A stretch of 64,000 nucleotides of DNA from Blepharisma stoltei ATCC 30299 (GCA_965603825.1 CBFDEM010000044.1:186001-250000), one strand, 5' to 3'. Positions 1 through 12,784 are shown, counted from the first letter of the stretch. A program made the numbers and translations. The notes: generated from the sequence alone by a model not told the origin.

Positions 1-455
1 AAGCAACAGTAACAACTCAAGCCTTCTTTGGGTTTATGGGAGTATCCAGCGCTCTAGTCTTCGCTAACTTAGGAGCAGCCTACGGGACAGCCAAAAGTGG
101 TGTCGGAATCTCATCAATGGGTGTAATCAAGCCAGAACTCATCATGAAGTCAATTATTCCAGTAGTCATGGCTGGTGTCTTGGGGATTTATGGGCTTATC
201 GTTGCAGTCATCTTGGTACAGAAGATCAATGACAATGATTATAGTTTCTATGATGGATACAAACACTTAGCCTCTGGACTTTGTTGTGGACTCAGCTCTC
301 TGGCAGCTGGAATGGCAATCGGCATAGTGGGAGACGCAGGAGTCAGGGCAAACGCACAGCAAGACAAGATATTCGTAGGCATGATTCTGATACTCATCTT
401 TGCAGAAGCCTTGGGTCTATACGGCTTGATTATAGCTCTAATCTTATCGCAGTAA
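1..455 (+). CDS. ATP6V0C: V-type ATPase proteolipid subunit c (5' truncated by window edge)
   Basis: [26 protein letters not shown]...[13 protein letters not shown] is the canonical subunit c sequence; frame is open to the window start; TAA stop. Confidence 0.97.
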   Translation, partial: ATVTTQAFFGFMGVSSALVFANLGAAYGTAKSGVGISSMGVIKPELIMKSIIPVVMAGVLGIYGLIVAVILVQKINDNDYSFYDGYKHLASGLCCGLSSLAAGMAIGIVGDAGVRANAQQDKIFVGMILILIFAEALGLYGLIIALILSQ

Positions 456-826
456 TAGCAATTATGAGTTAGAATATAAACATTAAATTAAGCATCAAAT
501 GAAGAACATTTCTGTGATAATTGGCATGAATTGTATAAGTTTTAACTATAAACAGTTCAGCAAATACCTGGGGAAGCAAATAAACTAATTGTTGTTTAAA
601 TAGCTATTTCATTATATTATTTTTAATTTTTGGGTCAGAAGATTTTGCGTAAGCTATTTTTTGTTATCTAAATGTTTTCCATAAATAAATCTATTTCAGA
701 ACAATTTTCATTAAAAACTATTATAAAATGATAAATTCCCCCATAATCAGTAGAACTATTATCTAATTCTATAACGAATACCTATTTCTCACACAAAACG
801 ACTCCAATTATAACCAAACATTTAAG

Positions 827-1441
827 TTAAAACATTGTTGAATATTCAGGGTATTCCTGCGCATACTGATCTATTGGTTCTGGATAATAATTTTCTTGAA
901 TAAAAATTGGCCTATCTGTATCCTCCTCACTTTTTCTTTCCATTGTCAGTTTTCCAGTAGTCGCAGGCTCCTGAATATTTTCGCTAACCACATCTTTTTC
1001 TTCTTCCTGCATTTCTTCAACCTCAAACTCGTCAAACTCTTCTTCAATTTTCGCATTTCTCGCTTGTGCTCTTCTATAAACGACTAAAAGTGCAAACGCC
1101 AGTGCCAACATTGCTATACCTTTGAGTATCATTGGCAATTGTGAAGGTTGCTTCCATAAGAGCTCCATTAGCTGCTCATTATTTATGTGATGGGAAAGTC
1201 CTGATGCATTTAATGCAGTTCCAAAGGTACTTGAGCCTAAGTGCCTTAAAAATTTCCAGGAATATTTGATTATTAGTTTTGAAAATTCCAGAACAGGAAT
1301 ACTTGAATACAGGATTTGTACAACTCGACTGAGGCCTTCCATAAATGAATGAACGTCGACTGCAAAGTTATTAGGCTGATTAGGTTGTGGTTGGTTTGTT
1401 TGTGGTCTCATATATCTCGTATTGTACATACCGTAGTTCAT
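827..1441 (-). CDS. Hypothetical membrane protein (weak PEX13-like N-terminus)
   Basis: Intact 204-aa ORF; YG/QP-rich N-terminus, amphipathic helix, one TM segment, acidic tail; the family guess is weak. Confidence 0.6.
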   Translation of the reverse strand: MNYGMYNTRYMRPQTNQPQPNQPNNFAVDVHSFMEGLSRVVQILYSSIPVLEFSKLIIKYSWKFLRHLGSSTFGTALNASGLSHHINNEQLMELLWKQPSQLPMILKGIAMLALAFALLVVYRRAQARNAKIEEEFDEFEVEEMQEEEKDVVSENIQEPATTGKLTMERKSEEDTDRPIFIQENYYPEPIDQYAQEYPEYSTMF

Positions 1442-1508
1442 TTCTTTTTATTATAATGTCATCAAATTTTTAAAATAAGCAATAAATTTACTAAATCAAT
1501 GAAGAATT

Positions 1509-2996
1509 TTAAAATAGTAAGCAGCGAGATTCAGATTTCGCATTTTTTGGAGTACACCAAAAACTGCAACCTGTGAAATTGCTTTCTTTTTCTAAAAGAA
1601 TAGGTTCTGTTATATGAATGGGCTCATGAATCTCTATGGACTGAATCATATCACTTTTTTCATCTATTTGTTCAGCCTCTTCATATGCTTTTTCTTCTTC
1701 TTTTTTATAGATTTCAATCTGGCTTGTATCAGGCTGCTCTTCTTCATATACATTTTCTGGCTCAGTTGATGTATGTCTCCTCTTGCTTTTTCTCTTTTTC
1801 TTCTTTTTCTTAGGCACTTCTTCTACAACAATATCATACACTTCTGGGTCCAGGCTTTTGTCAACTGGGTCGTCTTCAGGGGCAGAAAAGTTTATAGGGT
1901 TTTCTCCTTCATATATCTCTTTGCCTTGATACTCATAAAATTCAGGCTCCCTATGCTTTTTTTTGCTAGGCTCATGATATTTTTCAAAGGATTCATTATT
2001 GAGCTCATGAGTCTCCACTTCTCCTGTATTAACAATAGGGAAGAATTTGTGGTAGGTGTCGTATTCAGAGTTTGTCTCATTATCAGACCCTTTTATATCT
2101 CCTTTTGAAGGCAAATAAGGACCTTCAGGAACTACAGGTGGCCAAAATCGTGTCAAATTGGGAGCCGTGCCCCCATATTTCTGTTCTACTTGGCTTGGGT
2201 TGCAATGGGCAAAGAGATGAACCAAATTTCCATCCCTCTGGAAGGTCATTTTCTCTTTGGCAGCGTCATCTAAAAACGGCGAAATGAGCTTATACATGAA
2301 GAAAAAGCTATTTGTGGCGTTTATAATATGATTGACTCCAAGCCTGCATCTATAGTTTTCTTGGAGAATATTTGTGATTTTCTTCAAAGAGCCGAGATCA
2401 AGACTTCCAAACCCCTGCTTGGACATGTCACTGATAGCGACCCAGTTTTCTACTTGCCCTGGGATCATCATGTTTGTTACGACAAATTCTAAAACAAAAG
2501 CAGTGTGCATCATATATTCATCGACAGTGTGCTAAATAATAATTACTTTTTTGAAATTGTATTTGGCGAAGTTCATTACAATAATAGGCCTGAATTGGTG
2601 GTCTCGGCCATGTACATATAAACAGCCTTCATTCTAAATAAATATTACAAGCATTTCTTCTACTTTTGGGTATAATTCCATATAGCCATGCGGAAAATTT
2701 ATTTCCCTCCACTTCAAGTGATTCAGCAGCACAGTTACTGCTTTTCTTGTTTTTCAGCCAGTTCCATAGCAGAAACGCAGCAAATGGTTCCTATCCCACT
2801 CATCAGGAACCTTAATTTTGTATTTTTTTATTTCTATCTCCAGCCTTGACAGTTTTTCAAGCTCAAACTCTGTCAATTCTTGGTACCAGAAAATATTTCG
2901 GTTAATTTTTTTGCCTTTCCCATGGATGATTTCATGAGGGGATGGACGAAAGCGATATGCGTCTCGTGGCGGATACACGCTATCAGGTATTTGCAT
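1509..2996 (-). CDS. CRAL-TRIO/Sec14-domain lipid-binding protein
   Basis: LLRFCYGTG-W(TGA 2754-2756)-K, YVHGRDHQFRPII, EQKYGGTAPN; 15-nt introns at 2634-2648 and 2532-2546 join the ORFs. Confidence 0.88.
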
Positions 2997-3080
2997 ATTA
3001 TGATGCCATTACTTTGAATGATTTTCCATGGAGAAATTTTAATGAATATGAAATCTGTTTTAATCATATTTCGCTAAGCT

Positions 3081-4067
3081 TTAGCCTCTTGGTCTTCTAG
3101 GTCTTCTTTCACCTCTGCCTCTTCTGAACCCTCGACCACGAGGTTTTTCTGCTTCTGGCGGCGGTGGCTGGCGTTTAGGCTTCTTGCGTCCTACCTCGAC
3201 AAAGCCTTCATCTTCAGGGTCTACTTTCTTTTCTTCTTTTAGCTCCTCTTTAGGGGATTCTTCTTCGTCTTCAGCTTCATCTAGCTGAGCCCAGCTGTGG
3301 GCGATGGCTTCTGGCTCTATTATAACTTTTTCTTCTTCAGGCTTTGGCAGCTCTTCTACTACTTCGGCTGGGGCTGGCTCTGGGACTTTTTCTGTCTCTT
3401 GGACTTGTACAGGTTCACCAAGCTGGGTATTTTGTTGGGCAATTTGATGATGAACTTCTGTGGTCTCTAAAGAAAGCTCTGGCTTTACAGGCTCTTCTGG
3501 GCATATTTGTGACTCGCACCATCGTTGTGCGCGCTCTGCAAATTCATAGAGGTTTTTGTAGGTATTGAGTGTCCCAGGAGCTACTTCTTCGCTTTTATTC
3601 AGATAATTCTTTACAGATTTTTGAAGATCAGTTAAAATTCCTGAAAATCTGTCTCCAGCTTGTCCTCTGGAGCTGCTGTGGAATTGGAGGAACGAGTCTA
3701 GGTTGCTTTCATCAGGATTTTCCTGTTTGAATTTTTCTTGTATGTCTGGATGTTTTAAGAATTCTCCTATGGCCCATAAATTGACAGCATCAGCGCTTCT
3801 GTCTTCTTCTACTTTAAGCTGGACTGGCTTGACTTCTTTTGGGGCTTCTGGTTGTGGGAGCTTGCAAAGTTCGATGATTTTTTCGACTTCTGCTAAGTAA
3901 TCTTCTGTTTGAGATTTAGAGTCAAGCATTTTTCGTTCTTCGCCTTTGACCTCTTTTCCAGAAGCTTTTACTTCAGCTTCTTTAAGCTTTATTCTATCAA
4001 GCTTTTTGGTGAGGTTCCTTTTCCTCTTCTGTAGAATAGCCATGAAGTCTTCTTGTGCTGGCTCCAT
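3081..4067 (-). CDS. Caprin-like coiled-coil protein with C-terminal RG-rich tail
   Basis: KRKRNLTKKLDRIK resembles the Caprin HR1 start; acidic middle; RGRGFRRGRG tail; GC-richer codon use. Confidence 0.6.
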   Translation of the reverse strand: MEPAQEDFMAILQKRKRNLTKKLDRIKLKEAEVKASGKEVKGEERKMLDSKSQTEDYLAEVEKIIELCKLPQPEAPKEVKPVQLKVEEDRSADAVNLWAIGEFLKHPDIQEKFKQENPDESNLDSFLQFHSSSRGQAGDRFSGILTDLQKSVKNYLNKSEEVAPGTLNTYKNLYEFAERAQRWCESQICPEEPVKPELSLETTEVHHQIAQQNTQLGEPVQVQETEKVPEPAPAEVVEELPKPEEEKVIIEPEAIAHSWAQLDEAEDEEESPKEELKEEKKVDPEDEGFVEVGRKKPKRQPPPPEAEKPRGRGFRRGRGERRPRRPRG

Positions 4068-4147
4068 TTCTTAATTATTGTCCATAGTTAGAAAGCTAAA
4101 TAACATATGAAGATCAATGAGTATTAATATTTTAATTCCAATCAGAA

Positions 4148-5344
4148 ATGGTGATATTTCACATTGACTTGCTTGGAGAGATCTTGAAATTTCTAGAGCC
4201 TAAAGAGCTAGCGTTAACACTCAGGACTTCAAAATCATTTTATACGTATGGCACTATCGATTCAATATGGAAGGATTATTGCACTTTACTTTTCCCTTAC
4301 TATACAAATGGAAATTATTATAACTTTATTGTGACGGAAATATGAAATTACCTGAAAATTGTAGAAGCCTTTCATCAAGTGATTTCGACTGTTAAATCAC
4401 AGTTTCCTTCTCATTCTGTGTATAGGAGTTTAGAAGAAAGAGGAAATAGAGATATGGCGATGTTTTATAAAAATATCTATGCTAAACAAGATTTTGAGAT
4501 AAATCCGGAGAATATACTGAAAGAATTTAAAGAAGAGACAGGAGTAGACATGCCAACTGATTTATATCAGATTTATGTGACTTATGATGGCCAAAAATAT
4601 CCTGGATTTTTCGGAACCTATAGATTTTATGACAATCTCACATCTTTATCATTTTTGCCACTAAAAAAAGCATTGATGAATACTTCAGTCCCTTTATTTT
4701 GTCTAGGAGAATCTCCATATTCAGATCAGCAGTTGCTCTATGACTTAACAGGAGAACTTGGAAAAGGGATTGGTGCATTATATTATAGCATGGGCTCACA
4801 AAATACTTATTTACACCTTTCTTCTAATTTAGCAGAATATTTGCATTGTTATGCAGGAAAAATAAGTTCTGGACAGATAGAAATTGAGTCAAAATTAATC
4901 AATGCATTTGAATGAAATGATTGCTGCAGTGATGTAACAACTGAGGGCATCAGAATTACAGCAAGAAGCATATTCGTCCCTTATCTTAGCAGCAGAGAAA
5001 GGTATGCATGGGCTTACCAAATTGGAATAGAGCCAAATAGACCTTCACAAAGATGGCGGCTAGTGACGAGAACTTGAAATATTACTGATAATAATGGAAG
5101 AGTTGATACTGTATATCGTCAGCCAGGCGTCATAGGACTCTTCCCTGAGGTGTATCAAGGCTCTAAAAAAGTCATCTACGAGTCCTGTTGCATTCTTGCG
5201 ACCCCAGGGGGGACAATGGATGGCTATTTTACCTTTGAAAACATGGACGACGAGTCCATCACTATTGACGCTACAGTCGGAGTTTTCAGACATCAGCTGC
5301 CTCCTGGATCCTCCTTTGTGACCTATCACCACGGATTGCCATAA
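4148..5344 (+). CDS. F-box + SMI1/KNR4-like + ApaG protein (FBXO3/SKIP16-like)
   Basis: One frame through TGA at 4343, 4913 and 5075; ApaG motifs TTEGIRITA, RT-W-NITD, PGVIGLFP, TPGGTMDGYF. Confidence 0.88.
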
Positions 5345-5358
5345 TTTATTAAATTTAA

Positions 5359-6462
5359 ATGGAAATTCTCTCGACCCTCAAAGTAATTCTCGAATCAAGA
5401 ACCTATTCAATCCACAATTTCCAATCATTTGGGTACCAAAAGCTTTATCAGTATTTATTATTCAGATCAATTGCAGAATTTCTTGAAGATTCCAGCCCAT
5501 CATTCCAATTGAAATGTCCATATTTAAATGACTGGGTTCTGATCAATGATGAGGACACACTGAATACTTATATAAAGCACAGTGTTTCACCCTTAGTTTA
5601 TGTGGTTTATCCTGGTATTTTCTAATTAGATGCCCCTTGTGTGATTAGGATTGAGACTTATAATTTAGCAATTTTCGGGATGCATGCGAATTGGGATCAA
5701 AGAGTCCATATGATTGCACAGCAAATAAAGCAAATCAGTCCAGACATATTAGGGCTGCAGGAAGCCAAATATGATCCTTTTTATGGGCTGAGCAAGAGTG
5801 AAAGAGCATTAGTAGAAGAAAATGAAAAAATAAGATTTGAAAGACATATGATGAATGATTTAATGGCACTGCTGCCTGAGTATCCTTATTCGTATTGATG
5901 TGATTCAATGCATTATGGAGACGGCTCTATTGAAGGAATTTCTATTGTATCGCGTTTTCCTATTATTGATATTAAAGCAACCAAGCTTTCTTCTGCTAAT
6001 GATGATGGAAACCAAAGATCGTGCGTAAGAGGAACGATAAATCACCCTAAAAAAAGAATTTTCTTTTATAATACACATGTCACTTATGGCACTAATGGAC
6101 AAAATACTCAAGCAGCTGAAATTCTCCAGTTTATGGACTCTGAAAAAGATAGGCAAATCCCTCAAATTTTGGTAGGCGACATGAACTTGTACCAGCATTA
6201 TCAGTCGCCAGCCCACATTTTTGAAGGGAAATTGAACGCGTCAAGTCCTCCTACAAAGCTAAAAGACGCATGAAGCATTGTGAGAGGAAACGAAGAAGGC
6301 TTCACACATCCCAGCTGGAATCCCCAGGACCGGCTTGATAGGATTTATTATAGGAACCTTGAAGACCCTTTTATCTGCGAAATTTCAGGCTACGCCGAAA
6401 GCCCCACCGTATGGCCTTCTGACCATTGCACTTTATATGCTGATTTTATTATTTCAATTTAA
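5359..6462 (+). CDS. Endonuclease/exonuclease/phosphatase (EEP) protein with N-terminal PB1-like domain
   Basis: TYN, PDILGLQE, NTH, GDMN, DA-W(TGA), RLDRI, SDH motifs; 15-nt intron 5615-5629; TGA at 5896 and 6271. Confidence 0.87.
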
Positions 6463-6485
6463 TAATTTGTGCTACTTAACTCTAA

Positions 6486-8615
6486 TTAAAAGAATGGAAC
6501 TTTGCTCAAGGCTTGCTTCAAAATGAACTTCGGCACTGCGCCCATCCCCATAGAAAACATGAGGGCTACAATTGAGAACACAAATAAAAGTGGATACAAA
6601 ATGATTGGACTTTTCAGCAGCCACATAAACTCATTCCACCCTAAAATGATGATAAGCAGCAAATACCAGCCATTTACTTTGTTTCTGGCATACCCGAACT
6701 CTTTGATGTGGACTGCTTCTTTGTAAGCCATTTCTGCGTCTTTTAAGAAGCTTTCCATGATTAGGTGGAATTGTTCTTCACCAATTAATTCTTCATAGTC
6801 ATGCTCTCCATGGTCAGTGTCCCACTCACAGACGATTCTGAATAGTCTTAAACTTTCTAAGGTAGCTAAAACTGTGTCTTTGCTTTGAGCAAAAATTTCG
6901 TCAATCGGAGCATTTTTCCATTCTCTAGGAATACCGTTTTCGTTTTTTAAGAAAAGTTGGTTGAATTTTTTCGTCAGTTGGTCGACGAGGCCGTTGCAGT
7001 ATTTGGTGGCTTTGGATTTTAGAGTGGAATAGCATTCTCTTCTGATTTCGGCCAATTTTGAAGCGATTTGATCTTCTGAGAAATCTAAGCCTTTAAGGAC
7101 GTTTGTGTATCTGCTTTCAAGCTCTTGCATGGTGCTGGCTTGGAATTCTTTAAGCTTAGACCACATGTTGTCATCAAAGGGGTTTTCTAAAATCTTATTG
7201 GCGTTGAATGAAAATTTTCCTGAAAGGGCAGATTTTACTTCTTTTTGGAGAAGCTCTAATTGTTTTTCTTTTTCAACTGATTTTTTCTCTTCGATTCATT
7301 TCATTAATTCTGCTTCGTACTCTGCAGTTTCCCATCCACTGTTTTCAATGATACTAGCTTGAGCATTGACAGCAAAAAGGCTAAGAGTTAGCTGCTCCAC
7401 CTCAGATATGGTGGCAGAAAAATTTTCTATAGCTTGGCCCTTGTTTATTTTACTTTCCAAGGTATCTTTGAAATATTTTGTACTTTCTGTTACTACACAC
7501 CTCATCTGAGAATGGAACAAGTCTTTTATTTGGTCTAACAGTAGCTGATTCAGCTCATTTTTTATGCTCAGATATATGGTTTCATAATAAGCTGAGCCAT
7601 TTTTGTCATACTCTGCCAAGGCTTCTTTGATTTTTTCAGAAAAAATCGTTGAAAAATCTGGTACCGTACATCTCCCAATAAGTTTTGCAGTTGGCTCAAT
7701 TGCAGTGGTAAATAGCCGTAAAGCTTCGAATTTTATTTCATTGCATCTTAAATTAGCCAGCATTTCTTTTTGTGAAGGGATGTTTAGATCTTTATCATTC
7801 CCTATAACAGTCCAAATTTCTTGGAAGTATAGTGGAATTCCATCAAGTGGGATGTCTGTATCTTTATATCTGAACAAATAATCCATCCTTTCTTCGTTGT
7901 GAAATCTGTCTCGGAGGTCGTCAATGTCTGCTTTGAATTCTTCAGGCTTGAAATCTTTTACTGATACAGTCTTGAACTCGAAATCAAAGCAGTCAAATAC
8001 AGATAATAAGATATAGCTTTCTGGCTTTTTAATTTTACTCCAAAGCTCCTCCAAAGTTCTGCTCATTTGCTGCTTTAGCACTGTAAGGTTATTTTGCTGA
8101 TCGTTGAAGTCTCTCAGCACAAATAATATCCTCTTTTTCTTTTCTAATGTGAACAACCTTAAATTGACTTCAAAAATTGTCTTAAGAAGTCCTACACTGG
8201 CTGCCTTGTATCTGCCTATTTCACTTGTCCACATATTCACCATAAGGACATCGGCACAAGCTAAAGCGAATAAAGCAGACATGTGCTCAAAAGCAGCGCC
8301 ATCATCACCTCTGATTTGACTATCAGTCCCTTCAATGTCAATTATCAGAGTCTTACACTCCAAGTTAGCTCCTAAGTGAATTCCTTTTGTTGTTTGGTTT
8401 CTTCCTTTATAAGCATCTAGTGTATCAAAATCAGTACCAAAAAGCATGTTTAAGAGAGTGCTTTTGCCTGTACTTTGACAGCCTATGATTGCTACAATAT
8501 GATAATCGGTGGACCGCAAACCGGAGACCTCAAGGAAAGGCTTCATGGCTTGCCTGAATAGAGATTACGTGAACTCGCCTTCAAAGGTGACAATTTGTAC
8601 GGACTTCATCGCCAT
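6486..8615 (-). CDS. SEY1: Sey1/RHD3 atlastin-like ER-fusion GTPase
   Basis: GCQSTGKSTLLN, QTTKGI, DIEGTD, FVLRD and C-terminal LGWNEF hairpin TM; intron 8554-8568; TGA at 7296-7298. Confidence 0.95.
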
Positions 8616-9038
8616 TTTACATAAGACATGTGAATTTGAATGATTTTAGATAGATAAAATAGCAAATATTTAAAGCATCTTTTAAACGCAAAGTAGAGAT
8701 GTTGAAAAAATATTAAAATCAGATTTACATTTTTTATTAATAAATAATCTTGTTGGCAATAGATTAGGGTAAATTTCTTAAAAATAGTAATAGCTCAGGT
8801 CTAAAGAAGATGTATTCGATTGGTGGGAATTACAATAGAAGTGATTAGAAAAAGATTCATGATGAATGAGATCGTTCTATATGCACAAAAGTTTGTTTAT
8901 TGAATAAAAGATGAACATGCTGGAGATTTTAAGAGATGGATAGCAGGATAAACACTTTTATTTATGGTTTGAGAAAAAAAAAGAAAGAAATACTGTTTCG
9001 CAGCATTAAAAAATTTTATTTATTTATTTATATTTAAG

Positions 9039-9335
9039 ATGGGAGGATGCATAGCTTCAAAATCGAAAGCATCAAAGACAATGCCAGAAATAAAAGATAA
9101 AAATTCAGACGATTCTCAACGGATTATGGCCCCTAGAGCACCAACGATCTCAGTAACTGCTGAAAATGAACACCAAGCTCTGCCGCATTCATTAAGAAAA
9201 TTTTCCCTGTTTGTTGTTGGTGAAGAAGCTTCAGCTCTAGAAGACTCAGCCTTGCCCCCTTCAGCTGCTGGAAACTTCCAATCAAATCTACTCAGACAGT
9301 CACTCCAAACTAATCCAAGGACGTCTATCGCTTAA
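9039..9335 (+). CDS. Small putatively myristoylated/palmitoylated protein
   Basis: MGGCIASKSK N-terminus; coding-like ORF in AT-rich flanks. Confidence 0.6.
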   Translation: MGGCIASKSKASKTMPEIKDKNSDDSQRIMAPRAPTISVTAENEHQALPHSLRKFSLFVVGEEASALEDSALPPSAAGNFQSNLLRQSLQTNPRTSIA

Positions 9336-9678
9336 ATTTTCAGAAATTGAGAAAACATGAATGAATAAATGAAAAAGTTCACGTAAAATTAAGTATATTA
9401 AGTTTCTTTAAATTTTTGAAATAGTTCCCTAAGTTTGCTGATTTTTAAAGATATTTTAAGCAGCACGCTTTTTAATCATTTTTGTGGTCATTCTATTGGC
9501 TTTTCAAATGTTTTATTGTTAAATAATTATGGCTTTTAAACTGTTCAGCTTGTTGCGTTTTGTATTTAAAAATATTTATTAATAATTAATAAGTACTTTG
9601 GCTTAGCAATAATAAAATTTGCATTTAATTGAGAAGGATTTTATATTAGTTGTAAAATGCAAAAATAATAATTTCAAT

Positions 9679-9894
9679 ATGACAGAGGGAAACTCTTCCA
9701 ATTTTTTTAAAAATATAATTGGGAACCAGGTATTGATAAAATTGAACTGCGGAGAAGAGATGAAAGGAGTCCTTGAAGCATTAGATGGAAAAATGAACGT
9801 CGCACTAAGAGATGACATAGGACTCGTTATCATAAGAGGAAACAACATTCTTTATATCACAAGAACAGAAGCTCCTGCACAAAAATCTAAATAA
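9679..9894 (+). CDS. Sm/LSm protein (LSm6/SmF-like)
   Basis: Sm1 IIGNQVLIKLNCGEEMKGVLEALDGKMNVAL and Sm2 IIRGNNILYI. Confidence 0.85.
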   Translation: MTEGNSSNFFKNIIGNQVLIKLNCGEEMKGVLEALDGKMNVALRDDIGLVIIRGNNILYITRTEAPAQKSK

Positions 9895-9931
9895 TTAATA
9901 AAATCTTTACTGTCTAAATTAAATTTCTAGT

Positions 9932-10645
9932 TTACATGATTTCGCATTTCGCAGTACAATTTATTGTTTTGCTATCTTTTTCTAAAGATGTGGCTTTTCT
10001 TTCATTCATGTTCTGTATTAAATTTCCTAATAACTCTTTCAATTTACTATTTTCTTGTCTTTTCGCATAAAGTTTAAGCTCATTTTCTGATAGCCTTGTT
10101 TGCATTACTTGTATATCATCATTAATCGCTTTCAATTGTTCAAGCAAATGATACTCATTCGGAGAAGTGTCACAAAGGTCCATCCCTGATTTACTTATCT
10201 TTGTATCAATTTGTTTTGAAAAATGTGAAAACTCACTAAAGGCTTTTTGGCTGCTATTCATATAATTGTCAGCTTCTTCTCTGAGTTCTGCTAGACTTTC
10301 TTTTATTTGTTGAGTTAAAATATGAGTACGGGAATTTTCTGGTAGAGAAATAGGGGATCTAGCCTGGCTGCTCATAAATTTAGAAGTAATTTCGCTTTCA
10401 CTGTCTGAAAGCTCTTTTGGGGTGCTTTGTTTGGAATAATTTTTTATTCTGGGGTTTAAAGTTAGCCTTTTAGTTTTACGGTTGCTGAAAACTGCTTCTT
10501 TGGGTAAGGTTGGGGATCGAATTTGGTTAGAATTGGACCTCGCTCTAGGGTTTGAATCTGATTTCTTTGGGTGTTTGAAAAAATGCATAGATCCGTTGTC
10601 GAGTTTGTTAGGACGATTCCGAAATTGAGGTGTAAGATTATTCAT
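9932..10645 (-). CDS. Hypothetical coiled-coil protein with CaaX box
   Basis: Basic/Ser-rich N-terminus, coiled coil, ends CTAKCEIM. Confidence 0.65.
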   Translation of the reverse strand: MNNLTPQFRNRPNKLDNGSMHFFKHPKKSDSNPRARSNSNQIRSPTLPKEAVFSNRKTKRLTLNPRIKNYSKQSTPKELSDSESEITSKFMSSQARSPISLPENSRTHILTQQIKESLAELREEADNYMNSSQKAFSEFSHFSKQIDTKISKSGMDLCDTSPNEYHLLEQLKAINDDIQVMQTRLSENELKLYAKRQENSKLKELLGNLIQNMNERKATSLEKDSKTINCTAKCEIM

Positions 10646-10769
10646 CAATTTAATTTTAAAAATTATATCCAATTAATCCCAATTATTTAACTTATGTCAT
10701 CCCAGTACAACAAAAACTAAAATTCATACAAACCCAAACTGTATTCTAGATCTCTAATTATTTATTTAA

Positions 10770-11472
10770 ATGGAAGAACGCGGATGTAATTTTTCATTTA
10801 GCTGATGGAACCCCCTATGAAGAAGAGCTTACTTCTGATGGGTGGATCCAGTGGTTTTGCAGTCTTGAAGGTCACGAATTCTTTGCAGAAGTTGATGAAG
10901 ATTTTATTAGAGATGGCTTTAACCTTTATGGTCTTGCAACAAGAGTTCCTCACTATCGTGAAGCCCTCGAAATGATTTTATCTCCTGGCACTCCAGATGA
11001 CGATGATCTACAAGATGAACGATTTCTAGAACTTTATCAGGAAGCAACTGATATTTATGGTTTGATCCACGCACGGTACATATTATCGCCACGTGGATTG
11101 GCGGTGATGAGAGAAAAATATTTATCCGGGAAATTTGGGACTTGCCCCAGAGTTATGTGTGAGCGGTCAAATGTGATTCCTGTAGGTATGTCTGATATTT
11201 TGAAGACATCAAGAGTTAAAATATTCTGCCCAAGGTGCCAAGAAGCATATATTCCTAAACACAAATATGCTGATGTTGATGGGGCGTATTTTGGGACATC
11301 ATTTCCACACATTTTGTTGGAATCTTATAGTGATTTTTATGTTCTGCCACTTGCAACTGAATATATACCTAAAATTTATGGGTTTAAAATATATAAGCAT
11401 AAGGGGTCAAAGTATTATCAAAATCAGAAAGAAGGTCAGAAATGCGATGATAGGAAAATAAATATACAGTAA
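10770..11472 (+). CDS. CKB: Casein kinase II regulatory subunit beta
   Basis: WIQWFCSLEGHEFFAEVDEDFIRDGFNLYGL, YGLIHARYI, CPRVMC, CPRC, DGAYFGTSFPH; 16-nt intron 10786-10801. Confidence 0.96.
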
Positions 11473-11726
11473 TGAATGTTATCTAGATTAGTAATTATCT
11501 GAATTAAATAATTTTCTTGAATAAAAAAGAATAATTAACTGTTTTTAATGCACGATTTCTTCTTAAGCAATTTTATTCTAAAATAAATAAATCAAGCTCT
11601 AGATAAAAAATTTTAACAGAAAAGAAAAAGGCCGCTTGCTGATTAAAAAGCCAATGATTTATTTTCTTTTATATTAATTTAAAGCAAAGTGTCAGTTAAT
11701 AATTTGAAGGGATTTTTGAATTCAAA

Positions 11727-12768
11727 ATGGAAAATGTAAAAGTTTTGCTTTTTGTACTCTTGGGACTAATTGTGAGCTCTTCTTATTTGTAAATGATAGC
11801 ATAGACAAGACTGTTTAAACATCCCTTTTACACTATGTATGAACAAAAAATCATACGCAATTGCTGATTTAAACAAGATTAACACGCTTATAGGCTGATG
11901 GACTTTTGACGATAAATTTGGGCACGATTATTCTCACCATATAAACCCGCTTGAAACTGTTCCAATGGCTGGACCTGGGCAAAGTAATCTCTAATTAGAG
12001 AAAGGGTCTTCTTTATATTTTGACAGCACAAACCAAGGTGTAATTCCTCATATATCATACTACGAAATTTCTGAGTTTTCTGTTATGTTTTGAATATTTT
12101 TAACAAAAGATTCCACTGGAGCGTGAAGGACAATTTTTCATAAAGGACAAAATTCAAATGAACTCACCCCTACAGTACTTTTATGGCCTAAAGAAAGGCG
12201 ACTTCATGCAAGAGTTAGCACAGACTATAACTGAAATGAAGGAGTTGACTCAACTGCTATTATTAATATGAGGAAATGGGCCCACATTTCACTTGTAGGG
12301 AGCGGCCAATTATTGCAATTATATATAAACGGGTATTTGGATAATCAAATCATACTGCATGGAAATATTCAGTATAACAGAGGTGACATTTTTCTTGGAA
12401 AAGATCCATGGCATATGGGCTTTTCAGGATATTTTGATGATTTAAGATTATATGATGCAGCAATTCATGAAAAAGATTTACTCGCTTTAGCAGAATCTGC
12501 TTCTCCTATGGCTGCCGCGAATGGTGTTATGCTTGGTTGCCAGTCTTGCAGCTATCCTGATGCAACCTCTGGTTGTATTGACAATTATCATATATGTTCT
12601 CTTGAAGAGCTCTACAGTGGCTCCTATGAAGTAGCAAGATCTATGGGCTGGTTTAAATCAAGCCCAGACGTTTGAGTCCACAACACCCCAGAGAATCATT
12701 CCACCAAATCAGAAGAAATGTACGATTCTGACGTATTTAAGTTAGGATTATGCTGCAGAGATTATTAA
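11727..12768 (+). CDS. Secreted LamG/concanavalin A-like lectin-domain protein with Cys-rich tail
   Basis: Signal peptide; G-W(TGA)-WTFDD, SVMF-W-I, W-RTIFHKG, KWAHI, LYINGYLD, GYFDDLRLY; introns 11789-11804 (16 nt) and 11984-11998. Confidence 0.82.
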
Positions 12769-12784
12769 TTTAATTATAAATAGC

